Origin: Massalongia carnosa
Taxonomy: Eukaryota
Assembly: GCA_965645245.1 (NCBI GenBank)
Contig: OZ287070.1
Location: 2,480,001-2,544,000, forward strand
Length of the DNA stretch: 64,000 nucleotides
Direction of reading: 5' to 3'
The translations under genes and the position numbers were made by a program. The notes under the pieces were generated by a model. The model searched no databases. It was not told where the DNA came from and saw only the letters and a list, made by a program, of their open reading frames with translations. Below, in pieces: positions 1-13,601 of this stretch. How positions within the stretch are numbered: the first letter of the stretch is position 1; each line of letters starts with the position of its first letter.

Positions 1-297
1 TGTAAGTTTTAAAATCATTCGCGAACTGTGCGCACAACTCTTCAACGATCCACGCTTGTTCAAAGCTCCAATGGCAGCTCAAACCGGTATGAATCAGAGT
101 CACCAGTTCTTCCGTATCTCTTCCTCTATGCTTCTTGCTGTAGCTATCATGACGCGAACCCCACCGTCATTATATACCGCAAATACTATCTATTTTTCCA
201 GCGCATTTTGCTTCTCTTAAAGCGCTTGAACCAATTCAACGTCTGCCCTTTTCGGGTTCGCAGTATTAGGAACAGCAAAACCGGCATCTATAAATAG

Positions 298-3023
298 TTA
301 TTCATCTTCTTCATCATAGGTTATTAGTTCCTCCGCAACGAGAATATTATTCTGCCTTGTATCTCGAAGATAGTTCCACATGAAGCTCATAACATGGAAT
401 GATTGAAAAATTCTCGTTAACTGGGATTTTTTGGTCATAGGTCTTGGTTCTGGGAAAATTGTTGCTAAGAGGTTAAGAGTAGAAAAAAAGAGTTCCGGCC
501 CGTTATATGGCAAAGAAAAACAAGGGAAAAGTATGATAATGATGCCCATAAGCAGCCTCTCTTGTGATGATACTGATATGTCACCAAGCTCAAGCTCCAC
601 TCATACATACCGATCCTTGCAAAAATCTTGAGCAAGACCATCCAGCAGAAGACCTTCTTCAGCTGGGTCGATCCCAGCCTGACGAGCTCTTACGCTTCTC
701 CGGAATGTAGGGTCTACGAGAATCCTCATTTTCAGAGCAACACCAACGACCAAATAACTTGGCGCCTTCATACGCAGCCTATAGAGTACGTGTATATAGA
801 TATGAAACGAGTATGCTCCTGTAGCGATGCCTTGAATTTGTCGTGATGATTTTTCATCTATTCTTTGATTGTATCGAATCCAATGAGAGACTCCCGAGAA
901 GTTTCTAATAGGTCTTTTCGTTCCATCTTGGTTAAGCCCTCGACCTCCAATGGAACTGGCTCGTAATCCGGTTTACGATACCATTGGATTTTAGTTTCCT
1001 CCGTTTCGAGTTTCTTCTGAGCTATGAATTTCTCTTTCCTCTTAGTTTGAAAGGCAACGCATTCAGAAATGTGCTCTCCCGGGTTCAAGTAAAAAAATGA
1101 AGGAAGCAAAGAAAGCACAATAAAGCGGGCTTACCACATGAGCTGGGCTAGGCGCCTCTTCTCCGATGAGCTTCAGATTCCCTCAGCGCCCAATCGAAGC
1201 TCTCGTTTTCCCCAATTTCTCCAAAACACGCAGGCAGGTCTAACCTATACCGGGCTCGGGCACGCACCATCGCAACCAAACCACCAAATCAGACGGACTG
1301 ATTGTATCTCGCAAGTCCATTTTAAAGTAATCTCGGTTTCATCGAATAATTTGTATACTACGTCCATATTCGGGTTTAGATTCACTAGGATTAATCGGGC
1401 TGACTTGTCCATATGGTAGGCTTTGGCGCGTCTGCACGAATGGAAAGATCAGAGATTTGACGTGGAAGAATCATATCGACTAGCTTTCTGGATTAACGGT
1501 ACGGATCTAGTAGAGGAGGACCAGGGGTTTGATGAAAGTCGGTTTGTGCCGAACGAGCTGTTTTTTTATTGGTCAGGGAATATATCTCGCAACCTTCTTT
1601 TCCCTGAAGAATGGAACAGAATTGGGGTCTCCCGGTGGCTGGGCCTGCAATGCTCTGCTAGAATAGTACGAGTAATATCAATAGCGCTTGCCTTTTTCTC
1701 CTTCACTCCAATCGTTCATTGCTGGTTCTCAATTTGAAGAACCCAGGATCGTTGCTTGCCTTGTGATCTACCTGGTCAGCTGACCGGAGATCTCTTGTGC
1801 AGTTCAGTTGGATTCGATGACCATGGATAAATTGAGCACTTAGACCAGAGGGAGAAGAGAAATATAAAGCAAACTCATCTTGAGGTTGTCCGTTCATTCT
1901 CACTTAGACCATGATTCTCAATCCATATTTAGAAATCTGGCCTTTCTTGAGAATGACCTTCTGCATACATATCATCGCCAAAACCTTGCAGCAGCGTACA
2001 GGATACTCTCAATTTATCGGCCAAAGGAGTCCATATTTTCCGCACCACACGTCATCAAGTCCATTTAGAATTTAGACGCCTTGCCGAGCTCTATCTTCGC
2101 CCGCACCCTCCGCTGGAGACCTTCGGCAGGCATCTTTTGATCGATCGATAAAAATAATCGAAAACCCTCCGGTCCGATCCCCGTAAATATTTCCAAAGTA
2201 GTTGTGGCATTGGCCCCGAAAGCATTATGTAAGCGTAGGGTACTCGATAATCAGGTGCGTCCCTAACAAAAATGATGGCCAAGGGTAGAATTCCTAATGG
2301 CAGATATGGCGCCAGTTTATCAGGGCGCACGGGGTTGAAAAACGGAGAGATAAGGCAACCCCCACATTTCTGGCACATTCAATGAATATCCATCTATCTC
2401 GCTCGACAGGTTTGGTGCAGTTAGGGTGATAACTGTAGAAGTCATGCCGGAGAGAGCCGAATACGTGATAGTGAAGGAGGGTTTATTTTCGCTGGTTTTC
2501 ATGTTGCAAAACCATGTGTTTGGTCAACCTCCCCTTCGACATCTCTAGCTTAAGTTCTTCGCTATGCTGAGGCTGTGGATTGATTTTGCTCTTCCTTTCA
2601 TGGTCTTTGAGATCCGCATTATTTTTGACGATCTTCTTGCTTCCGTTGATGGAGGGTTCTCCACACGGTGGGGAAGTAGAGCTAAGGGCCAGCGCTTGTC
2701 AACCGCCCTGAGGCCTTTTGTATAGCTTCTGGGGCGGAAAGGCTTTTGCCAGAATGACTATAGAGACAGAGGAGTTGGGGGAGATCGCCCAGAAATAGTT
2801 TATAGAAGTTGAACGATGAACGCTTAAATAGGGAGAAGGGGGAGTTATGGAAGTTTAGAGGGGGTAAGGGGGTTGACTCGTTTGGCAAAAGCACTTCCCT
2901 AAGCCCAGAGGGGGGAAGCCACCTTTCACTGCCGCGAGGCAGTGGCGAGTATCCAAGCTCGTCTGGAGATGAAGAAGGAACAGGAAAACGACGTTCAGAT
3001 GTTTGTGGGTATCGTTGTGCCAT
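298..3023 (-). pseudogene. Possible decayed protein-coding sequence(s) of unknown family
   Basis: Several protein-like minus-strand ORF fragments (2682-3023, 2091-2378, 858-1118, 298-600) separated by stops and frame changes. No recognisable motif; boundaries approximate. Confidence 0.3.
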
Positions 3024-6000
3024 AATGATTATGATGTACGACGAGAGAAAGAAAAGAAAGAGAAGTGAGAGTAGCCATCTCCTATAGATGGAAAAACCTT
3101 AACTGGAATTCATCTCACTAAGATTCGCGTGAAATAGAACTGAAAAATTATAGTTTTACAATGATGCATCCCCAAGATAGGTGCGACACAATCTCCCTCA
3201 TGGCGAATCCAGGAATCTTGAGCAGTCGCAGATATCTGCTTTTTGATTTAGAATAATCCTACCTGACAATCTGCGGTCTCAAAAAAATCCGTCAGAAATA
3301 TGGTACAATCATTGCTGAAATTAAGTTTATAAAAGTAAAATCCGCCGAAACGATTTCAATCCGGATCGTATCCGTTGAGCAGAGTAGATGTGTCTACCCT
3401 TGGTTAGTTTTCCCGATTCTCGACGCTCATATCCAAGCGAACGAGATGATGAAGCTCTTCCTCGCGCTCATCGGCAGGTCAAAGAATATCTGCTCTGCCT
3501 CAGTATCGGGAATACAACCTCTGATGATAGCTTAGTCCAATAATCCAAAGAATTTAATATATAAAATATTATTTATAATAGAATTCGAGAAAATAGCGAC
3601 ACGCAAGTTTGGTCGAGGTTGTGGGAGCTGCCGAGCGATTTGCTGAAAGAATGTCGCAGCAATCTAGTGGAACGTTGACGAAAAGCGAGATGGGCTGAAA
3701 GCTATCATTTTGTGCTTGATAAAGAAACCACCCAAAGCGTATCTCTAATGAACAAGTTCATATATAAATAACGAAAATCCATAGCAAAGCTGTAGAGAAA
3801 TCGATTCCCCTGTATACGTTTATCATATGACAACGATTTGTTCCATACATTCTTCCACTGCTGAGCCAGATTCTTTGAAACAACTATGAGATAATGATCG
3901 GCAAATGTGATCGTTTAGCGGTAGGAGAATGAAACACCGCATACAAAGTCGCAAGTGAACGTTCTAAACAGTAGAGAAAGCAACGCTTCATCAGAGAAGT
4001 GAACTTGTTCTTGCAAGATGAGACAGAAGTTATAGGCGAGCTTAACTGCAAACCTCGTCCGCTGACATTGATCAAGTAGATAAGTGTTCATCCATTCTTA
4101 TAAGTACCCTACGGGTTGCCCAGCATAATACCGATCTAGGAAAAGTTCTAGTGAACGATTTATTAGGATCCAAGGCAGAGTAATAGCTTGCCTAGCGGAT
4201 ATAAAAAGCACAATAATATGACTATCCTTTTTTATCGTTATTGTTGATGCCTTTTTTTAGTTCTTTGTAATTGGGACGAGAGTGTGCAGTTGTTCAGCCT
4301 TTTTCGGATACTCCTGTGGATACAAACTTAGTAGATGGTGACAGTAATTATATTTCATGTCGCTGGTAGGTGCTATCAAGAATGTTGTCTCTATATGATT
4401 CCCATACAACGTTGATGGCTCAAAGCTTCGTCAGAGTAGTCGTTAGGATACCCCGAAGCGGCCAAGACCGAGTCGAGTGTAGAAGAAGTACGGAGTTCTT
4501 ATCGTATATATTTCCTTCAATCAACCTTTCTTTCTCTATTAAAAGTCCTCCAATTCCTGCCAAGGCTTGACTTAAGCGAGGCCAATAACCGAACTCTTAA
4601 TTTTTACTGGACCTAGATTCAACAAGTAGAAAGTCTAGAGGTCGCTCTGGTTGGCATGATCTCTAATCTCAAAATTGCAGCTCCTAAATGCATATGAAGT
4701 CTCTAATGCCTATCGAGTATTTTATCTCTCTTTCTCGAATTAAAATTAAATATGGGGCGAGAAGTATTCAGGCTTGTTCGGTGTATTATAAGCTTCCCAT
4801 TTTTTTTTAGGTGGAGTTATTCAAGGGTAGTTTTGAGTTGATGCAGTTATATACTCAATCGTTCTGGCAACTCCTCTCATTGGGAAATTTTGTGGAGGGT
4901 TTCTGCTAATCCTGAGGCTAGGGGAAATTAGTAGACGACGAAATAAGAATCTAGGATACGTCTCTAGACCTTCTGAACTTAAATCCTCTTATTGCAATGA
5001 TGACTTTGTAGACCTAAGGGTCTATGGGCGTAAATTTCTCTAGAGCTCATGTTTATGGAATGAATTTCCACATGCTTTGTGTGCTCCAACCAACCATCGA
5101 ACAGCTTGACTTCCTGTCGTGACCTTAAGATTTCGATGATTTTCCAATATTAGCTTCTGTGCCCAAACCATCTTTTTATTCCGTCAGCATAAAATCACCT
5201 TTGCTGTTCATCATATTGATTTCCACGAAAGAAGTTGCAAGCTTGAATGCCTCTGTAGACTATATCTAGCTTGTTGATCACACCCAGCAAGGAGGATGTT
5301 ATCTCGTCACCTGGTTTTCTTTGCCGTCCATGGCCGTAGTATTAGGATCAGAAATTTGGCCGCAAAAATCAGCACAAGCTCAAGAAATCGGGGCGGCGGG
5401 AATACAGACGACTGAGCAGACGTAGAGCCAGTAGCAGAAACCGGAGCAAATGGAAGCGAAAGGGGGAAGAAAGAGCGTGCAAGACTATAGCTTAGCGGGC
5501 GGGGACGCAACAGACAAGGAAGAGTAGGATGAGCCAGGAGATGAGGAATAAAACGCGGAAAAAACCGGGTTCACCTGAGAGGGCCAGCGACAATAGGGGC
5601 AATAGAAACAGTTAGTTTTGGGCTGATCACGACTGTGAGAAGAAAAGAACACCCGGCCCTCCAGGGGGAACCGACCAAGCTATCATAGCTCTATTATCCA
5701 AGATCCTATTTATTGCACCTCTGGAATAACTGAAAAAAGGCGTCGCCTTTCGTCATCCATTCAAAGGATTTTTTTGAGGTTGAGAAAGAAGAAAAACAAC
5801 AACAAGCAGGTCGAGGAAGAGCTAAGACCAAGTATGTGTACAAATCTGTAGTTTTTCTGATGGGTATGATGGGATTAGCATGGCAGAAAACTTAGGTTGC
5901 TGGAGATCAAGTCCAAAAACGAAAATGTAAGTCAAGTTAGAGATTGGATTAGGAGGACTCTCCAGATGGTATACGGCTAAAAGGCAATTGTTGAACTTTG

Positions 6001-6491
6001 AGTTTATAAATGGAAAAACGTGGAGCGGGGCAGTAATTAATGCAAGAAGCGTGAAGAATGTGAGGACTATGGGGTGAATAGAAGAGGAATAGAAACAGAA
6101 TGCCAGAGAAAGTTTGAGCGATTAACATGGAAAACCGCTCTGGGAGTAGAATATCAAAGTCAAAGCAATAGCCTTCAAAGTGCATATGCTGGAATTTGGC
6201 AGGGTTTCGAATAAGAATTCTAGTTACGGTATTCCTCTTGCTATTGGCACCACCCGCTCGGATTGTGCGCGGGGAGTTTTTGTTCCTGGTGAGTGGTACC
6301 AACTCGCCAGCGAGAGGGATAGGTAACCTTTAGTTTGAGAGTTTGGCGCTAATGACAGAAGGTCGAATAAGTGCCATACCTGAGGTACTTCTCCCTCTCT
6401 GTTAAGAGATGCCCCGATACCCTAGGATTTAACTTCGATTATCAAACAATGGTATTTTTAGTAGTACTTGAACAATTTCATGAAAAGTCGT

Positions 6492-7854
6492 CCAATAACC
6501 TCTTTTCCGATCCACTACGTTGATCAGCCCCCTTTTCTCCTCCCTTCTATTCAGATTTAATTCCAGTACATTTAAGTGTTCGATCCACATAGAGAGAACC
6601 TAATCCACTGATATGAGGCGTCAATATACAACTCGGCGCATCCCATAGCGGATGGTTTGTAGGCAAAGGTTCCGGGTCCACCAGGTCAAGCACCGCCGAG
6701 ACCGCCCTCCTTGCCGTTGTTCTTGGCGCCTTGTTCCAGCGCGGCGATAAGATCATCTCGCTATAGAATTTTGCCGCATGAGATATTGCTAATGAAAGCG
6801 TTACGTTTGCTCAAGATGAAAAACTTACGCGCGCCTAGGAGGTACGTGGTTCCAGTTGTCAGGGGCACACTGACAAGGAGATGATCAATATCTCGAGCAA
6901 AAATTTCATGTAGCGAAGATTTGTCAAGGCCAGAAAACCAGGCTTAGGGTCTGGTACCATCTGGATCACCGGTGTTGGGGACGATATAGCCCCAACATTT
7001 TTTCGATGCTGGAGTGGGCCGGGGTTTCGCCGTGTAGGTAATGACGTCCATTCCCGGGCTTGTGTTCTAATGCTGCTGAAACCTAGGAGGCGTAGACCAA
7101 CCCTATCGCGGATAGTATATAAATCTCTTTGGGTGGAGTGCATGCCCCATTGATGGTGAGCTTGAAATGACTGGAAAATATTACATTTGCGAAAGTGCAA
7201 TAGGGCCTTTAGGACCACTCTGAGAGTTTAGCTTTATTCTTGGGTAAAAGGTTGATTCGTCATTCAGCTATTTGAGGCCTATGAATGCCTAAAGTGAAGA
7301 TTTTCAACACGTTTGAGAGGATATCTGGCGAGCGACTTACCTGAAGACGTGGTCAGAGGGATAGAGCTCGAGGTATATAACGAGGACGTGGCAATGTGAT
7401 TGGTACTATTTCTGTTTAGATGGGCTCTTTGGCTCTAAGTCTTCTTGGACTGACCCAGCGAAAACGAAGTGGATGAGTTCTAAGAAAGGGGGTACTATGA
7501 TTGGTGGTATGTACGCATACTCGGGCGATCCTCTGGGAATTCAGGTAGGGCCGAGAGTGTCATCAGTATCGTAATAGCATGGTACAAACATAAATTACCC
7601 GGTCGGTGAGAGCGCTTGGTTGGCTAACTAGTAGCTGCGTGCTACAATTGAAATCGAGGATTCTCAGGTAGACAAGAAGCAAACTGACTTCTCGGGATGG
7701 CTCTATCTCCAATCTAATTTGCTTTGAGTTCAAGCAGATGATAAGTGATTCTGATTTGAGGATGCTTTTTCGATCCATAATCTCAATGGGTTCCGGCCAC
7801 GGCAAGATGATGAGTACCTAGATGGTCGGGCAGGCTAGGGGAGCCTCCGCCTAT
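6492..7854 (-). pseudogene. D-isomer-specific 2-hydroxyacid dehydrogenase pseudogene
   Basis: Family motifs read in order on the minus strand: VLIILPWPEP, TLSALP, IPLTTSSG/IHRPQIAE*, GYIVPNTGDPDGTRP*AWFSGLDKSSLH, VSVPLTTGT, FISNISCGKIL*, DLVDPEPLPTNHPLWDAPSCILTPHISG, LINVVDRKRGY. In-frame stops at 7260-7262, 6944-6946 and 6761-6763, several frameshifts, and a probable ATG>ATA start at 7854 (ATA GGC GGA GGC). Confidence 0.85.
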
Positions 7855-8031
7855 CGTGACGGAACAGGAAAAGTAAACTTGACTGATCCGAATAGAAAGC
7901 AACAAATCAAGTATGGCCACGAGCATTTCCAGATATCGAGTACAGATTCCATTCTTTATGTCAGATCTTTTATAGCCATAGGCTGGGATTGCATGATTGC
8001 GAAGAGGATACTTGTATTGATCTTACACAAA

Positions 8032-8262
8032 CCCTCCCATGCGGTGCGAAAAAAATACTCCCCACAAAATCTTCAATACCTTACTTACTTCTATGATTTG
8101 TTTTAAAGGTACAAAACGACTAGCTACTGCTTAGATTCCTTATTCAAGTTTAGTTGTTTGAGTTTAACGATTGCAACGGAAAGAATAATTTTCAAGTTGT
8201 GTTTCGAGGAGTAAATTTTGGTGTCAACTTTTTTTCGCACCGCTTCCCCACAATTGGAGGAT
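8032..8262. mobile_element. Small non-coding inverted-repeat element (MITE-like)
   Basis: Perfect 15-bp inverted repeat GCGGTGCGAAAAAAA (8041-8055) / TTTTTTTCGCACCGC (8229-8243), an outer CCTCCCA/TGGGAGG match and an AT-rich interior. TTAA flanks the right end (8263-8266). Confidence 0.45.
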
Positions 8263-8782
8263 TAATTCTCCGTTCCGCACTGCGGCGCAAATCCGCACGT
8301 GCGCGTCCTATCTAAGTATCTGGTTCCGGCGAGCTGCAGATAACGCCCGTAGTCCATCATCCAAAAGGGGCCTGCCGATCAATCACTCACTATCCCGATT
8401 GGTACTTATCTACGAACTGCTTCTTGCCTCGCCCCCGCAAAAGGAAAGATAGAATTTAGAAAGGCCGAAAGTCAAATGAATCGTGATCATGTTTCAATCA
8501 CAGCTTGGCAAATGGTAGCAATAAGGCGGTGAAGCAAAGGAAACGCGACTGGTACTATGGATGATTGATGAAACCCCCTTAAAATAAACTAAGAGCTATG
8601 TGAACAGAGAAAATCCCGATGTGTTGTGTTTGCACCAGACCATCTAGTATTCGATATTTTGTATTCAAACGCCACATATGAGCGAGGAAACAGCGCGAAA
8701 ATCCTAGCGACAGGAGAGGAAAACACGCCGATTCGCTTAAAGCGCAACGAAAAGCAATTAGCCGCCCACAACATCTCCGACA

Positions 8783-9865
8783 TCACAATGACTTCTCCAA
8801 GTCCATCAGCTCCTTGAAATCCCGTGCATACTTCATGTCATCCTCCTTGGCAGGGCGAGGAAGTGGCCTCCGGGCGAACCCTCCATACCCGTAGAACGTC
8901 TCAAGCGCGCTCTTTGTGCCGATCACGCCACCGGTTATCGCGACGTTATCGCCCTGTGCGAGAACGGCTTGTAGCTTCTTTGCCTCCTCCATCTTGCCCG
9001 TCACGTAGAGGTCAACCACCTTGACACAGGCTTTGGGTGCAATGTTGGCCAGCCCGCAGATGACACCACTTCCGCCAACCACGAGAGTTTGCAGGATGAA
9101 GTCCGCAGAACCCCCGAGGCACATAAAGCCGGAATTCGCCTTGAAGGGAGTCGCTGCATTCACCGCACTGGCCACCCTACAAAGCTTCCCCGTATTTCCG
9201 CACGTGTACTTACAGCCCACGATGTTTGAATGCCTGGCCAACTGTGTGATTGCATCCGAGTCCATATCCGTGCCTCTAGCACCCCCTGGAAAATTATAGA
9301 TTAGAACCGGAATGGGAGAGGCATCGGCAACGTCTTGGAAGAACTCAATCAGCGTGTCGGCTCCATACAGGGATTTGTAGTACGAGGGTGGAAGAATAAG
9401 AGCATAATCGCCTCCCGACGCCGACGCCTCACGGCAAAGCTCTATAGTCTCGCGAGTGGATTGAGCACTGCATCCTACTATCACGGGCAGAGACTGGTAT
9501 CCTGCACCATCTAAAGCCTTGCGTGTGTGTTTCGTTACCAACTTCCGTTCTTGACGCGTTAAATGTACCGCCTCACCATTCGATCCTTGGACAACAATCC
9601 CAGCTACGCCGGCCTCGCCAAGTCTTTTGACATGCATATTAATGGTATTGAGGTCAAGGTCTTCAGTCGCCTCGTGGAAGGTAGTTATGCTTGGCACGTA
9701 GATGCCAGGCAAAATAGGACGTTGGGCGGGCTGCATGTCATCCACCGAAGATGCTGATGTGCTTTCACTGGATTCGCTGTATTGTGACTGGGAGTAAATG
9801 GAGTCGACGGTGCCGTGTGAGGAGAGCATTTGAGATCTGGAAGGGGTTTGGGATCTTAAGGGCAT
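8783..9865 (-). CDS. Dihydrodipicolinate synthase (DapA/NanA) family aldolase, similar to L-threo-3-deoxyhexulosonate or 4-hydroxy-2-oxoglutarate aldolases; 360 aa, intronless
   Basis: Motifs PGIYVP, VVQGSNGEAVHL, LILPPSYY, LIYNFPG, Schiff-base lysine in GCKYTCGN, and GLANIAP. First ATG is at 9865; the track starts at an upstream TTG. Confidence 0.9.
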   Translation of the reverse strand: MPLRSQTPSRSQMLSSHGTVDSIYSQSQYSESSESTSASSVDDMQPAQRPILPGIYVPSITTFHEATEDLDLNTINMHVKRLGEAGVAGIVVQGSNGEAVHLTRQERKLVTKHTRKALDGAGYQSLPVIVGCSAQSTRETIELCREASASGGDYALILPPSYYKSLYGADTLIEFFQDVADASPIPVLIYNFPGGARGTDMDSDAITQLARHSNIVGCKYTCGNTGKLCRVASAVNAATPFKANSGFMCLGGSADFILQTLVVGGSGVICGLANIAPKACVKVVDLYVTGKMEEAKKLQAVLAQGDNVAITGGVIGTKSALETFYGYGGFARRPLPRPAKEDDMKYARDFKELMDLEKSL

Positions 9866-12133
9866 TTCGTTGAATCGATGGAATATGAGGTAAAGATATC
9901 GTGTCAAGCGAGTTTGCGCAGGCTAGAAGTGGTAGGCGAATTAGGGCAAGACACAATGAGATAGGAGCTTTAAACTTCCGAGAGATTACAGTATGGCCGT
10001 ACAGCTTGGGAAAGAAGATATGCAATTTGGCACGAGGAGGTTGCGAGAATGGGATTTGACCAAGTATTTAAACACCAATGTGAGTATTTTTTGATATGTC
10101 TTGAGGAGGGTCCGAGCAAAGGCAAATAGTATGTGTTGGGGCGCCATCCCCATTCTGTAGAAAGTAGGTGGAGGTGGAAAGGTAGCTAGCTGGAGGCAAG
10201 GGTACCTATGAGGCGGTCAGCTGAGCCGGTAAAGATCCAGGGAATAGTTACGGGAAACCAATGGCAGACGGCCAGTTAAAGCAGTTTCAGAAGAACAACG
10301 AAGAAAGCAGAAACTTCGGGTAGCGTCAAGAACAGTAGGGCAAATGGCTATAAGTGGTCTAAGCATCAACGCAGAGCCTAGAGGGTTTTCCGCGAACCGT
10401 CGAAGGATCTCCAGTCATGTGCCGTGGGTGGGTTATAGATGCTTGGTAAGTTACTCGTACGAGTACCTCTCATACGCCCACGCTTGTACAACAGATATTT
10501 TGCTTGGCATAGGTTACACATTACCACATCAATCACATTCACCTGCCTCGCTTCACACCTCATCGGCCCCATAAGCTCCTCACGTTAACATGTTACATCA
10601 GCTGCCCACGTGCGCTCCATCCCACAGCAGGCCAAATCGCTTGCGAAAAGTGCCTAGCCAGTAAATATCTGCCGGAAGGTGATGATGAAATTTCCCAGTT
10701 CATGTGTAAAACTCCATTGCGGCACAAGTATCCCGCGTTTGAATGTGCGCCCTCGCCTGCCCTACCGTGCCGGAAAATGCCTAACAAGACGCCAGGGCAT
10801 GTACAGAGTAAACGTACCCAAGCTTCTTCGATTGCTTTAGATGAAGACAGCCGTCCAACACGATTTCCACGTACTGTTAGCATAGCTTGTTCGCAAGCTC
10901 CAAACCGGTTAGCGAATGAATATCTAGGACAGGTACCGCGCAGGGTTGGGTCGAAGACAAGGCTGAAGCCCGGATATCGGTTACCAATCTGACGGGATCC
11001 GCGTTATAGCGTGGGGAGGCTATGACGTCCAAGGGTAGAGGCGTGGTGTACTGATATGCCGCGAATTGCGGCGTTTCTCCCGGTCGACCAAAGGAAATAT
11101 CAAAGTGACTAAACAAAGCCCCAGGTATTTTCATATGATTAATCGTAAGCAACGGTGGATCGTGAGACCATCGAATATGGCGGTCCGAGCGTGGATTACC
11201 GATCTGAACCGTAGGATATCGAAGATACCTACAGGCAATGTTCTCCTGCATCGTGTCATGATACCAAAGCAAAAACAACTTCCGCCACCATTTAATTGAC
11301 CAATACCAGCGACGATGTACGCGCATGTGGTGATTCTTACCATGATTCTCGAGGCCGAGGTGCACAGAACTGAACACGGGCCATAGATCAGAGAGCCATC
11401 GTGTTTTCTCTCGAGCCGTCCTTGACATTGAATAGATTTGAAAACACACCGTAGCATGAAATACAAAACAACTAGTACTCCGTAGCGATAGCATAGCCCA
11501 CTAGGGGCAAATCCCCCACACTAAGCAAAGTATATTTGGGCGCTGTCTGCGGCACTAAAGTAACGACAACGAACTAACGCACTTTAACGGAAAGTTTTTA
11601 TCTGAAATAGAAGAAGCTAGAAATTCGCCACTGGGTGCGTAACATATATACATATTATGCCAGTACAGGTGGAACAGCTGATTGAGCAAGTTGGGCGACT
11701 AGGAATTAGTACAGATGCCTTGCATACATCCCGGCATGCCATATGTTTGAAAACCGCCGTGCATGACCAGATAGGATGAGTGATTATAATCTGATCGATA
11801 AGGATTCGTTGCAGCAGCAGACTGCTTGATTTTCAACGAAAAAGAAGATTCTTCAGTCTTTCATTTCGCTTCCCCGTGTTTTCGCATGCTTCTTGGCTTT
11901 AAGTTTCTGATCACTGGTCCACGGATTGGGAGCAAGGACCCTGTTGGACTGCCGATAGTAAATCATAAATGTGACGAAACTACCTTCGAAGTTGCCGCCT
12001 AAGACAAGTACTGCCGTTTGAGAGGGCCATGGCTTGATAATTCCGTGAAAGCCCGCACGTTGTCGTCCAAATCTGAGTTTGTTCCACCAAGGAAAGAGAT
12101 TTTGTACAGAGGCGATGATCAGAGTTTAGGGCC

Positions 12134-13601
12134 CTATTCTGGTGGGCTGGTGTCATGAGTTTTCTGCTGTTGCAAGATCATCGCAATTGGTAGATCATCT
12201 TCATCATAAAACTCGACGCTCTCATCAACGCCAAAATCGTCTAGTCTGTCGCCTTCGCCATTCCGCCATGCTTCTTCGCCATCGCCTGGATTCCTAGTCG
12301 TCTGAAACTGTCCATCTTGTATATTCTCATCGTCTTCACAGACGTCTTTTCGCTCATGGAATGGTCTTCGCCTCACAATAAGGGGTGGTATTTTCTCGAA
12401 GCGCCTTAAATCTAACCTTTGTCGTTGACGAAATGCTTCCAGATAATCCTGATTTGACATCTGATCCTGTTCATGAGAAGTAGCTTGATCGAGGTCTGGC
12501 TCTCTCATCTGCCTTAGAACACGGTCAGGGTCGGGAGGAGGCCAGGATGTCCAAGGATCTGGGGTGTTAGACTTTTTGGCAATTTCTGTGGAAGGCATTC
12601 CTACTTTACCTTCAAACCCATTGGTTCCAAACTGGAGCCCTGACGCAGTGGACTGCGTTTTAGCGAAGGGCCAAAGCCAGAGAAGCACATGTACGCCCAT
12701 CCCCTGAGAAAAATTTTGAAATATACCGATGTCATAAGGAAACTCTTGTCTTACTATTTTTACCTTAATGCCATTCGGCCCATCTAGGTACCCCCCTGAG
12801 ACTTTAGCACGGCGAAGTAGAGTTTCATGTCTTTCAATTTCCCAGCCTTCAATGGTTGTAACATTCGCCCCAAGAAACCAGATGTTCCGTATGAGTAGAA
12901 TTGCAAGAGCGAAAAGAGTTACCGAGTTTAATATTAAGATGATAAAAAGGAAGATCATTTGGCTAGGAGAAGGACCAAGATACTAAGGCAAGAAATTAAC
13001 AGAACATCAGGAAGACAAACATCTAGACACATACGCTTGGCAGGTAGCGTCCTCGCCAGACAACCGTTGCTCGAAGATATAGCAGATACTCCAGGTATGA
13101 CATTGCAACGACAGCGTAAAGTAAGAAGCGGAAGAAATGAGGAAAGGTACGGTATGAAACGCAATTAGCGGTCCAAGGACAGTGGTGATCCATCTTTGGT
13201 ATGCATCTAGGATTAACCTATTAAAATGTTGTATCTGGTCAAGAAGACAAAGAGAGTCATGAATACCTCTGGCAGATCTTGCAGTGATGTGCCCGTGGTG
13301 GTTTGAAGGTCTTACATTTCCTACACCATCGTTGCCTTCTTCTGGTGACGGTTTCTTTAATACGGTCTGCTTTCTTGTCATCAGGCCTCCATCCTGGTGG
13401 TACACAGCCCGGATCAGTATAACATGCTCTAGCGTAGCATATCCAAATACAAATCACGCATGCGTTGAAGAAAAAGGCTTCTCTTCCTTCCAGCGGAGAT
13501 GGTTCGATGTTCTGGAACAGAATCTGTGAGCCATAGGATAAAAAGAGGATCAACAGCGAAACTGCTGGTAATGCGAGCTTAGATAGGGAATTGGAGGACA
13601 T
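12134..13601 (-). CDS. PFA4: DHHC palmitoyltransferase (PFA4 type), 4 exons: 13601-13267, 13206-13035, 12982-12610, 12558-12134
   Basis: Spliced product contains [56 protein letters not shown] and WPPPDPDR. Introns are GT-AG. Confidence 0.9.

Noticed and set aside
10877..11494. 205-aa minus-strand ORF
   Set aside because: No recognisable motif or coding-like composition; cannot be supported without homology data.
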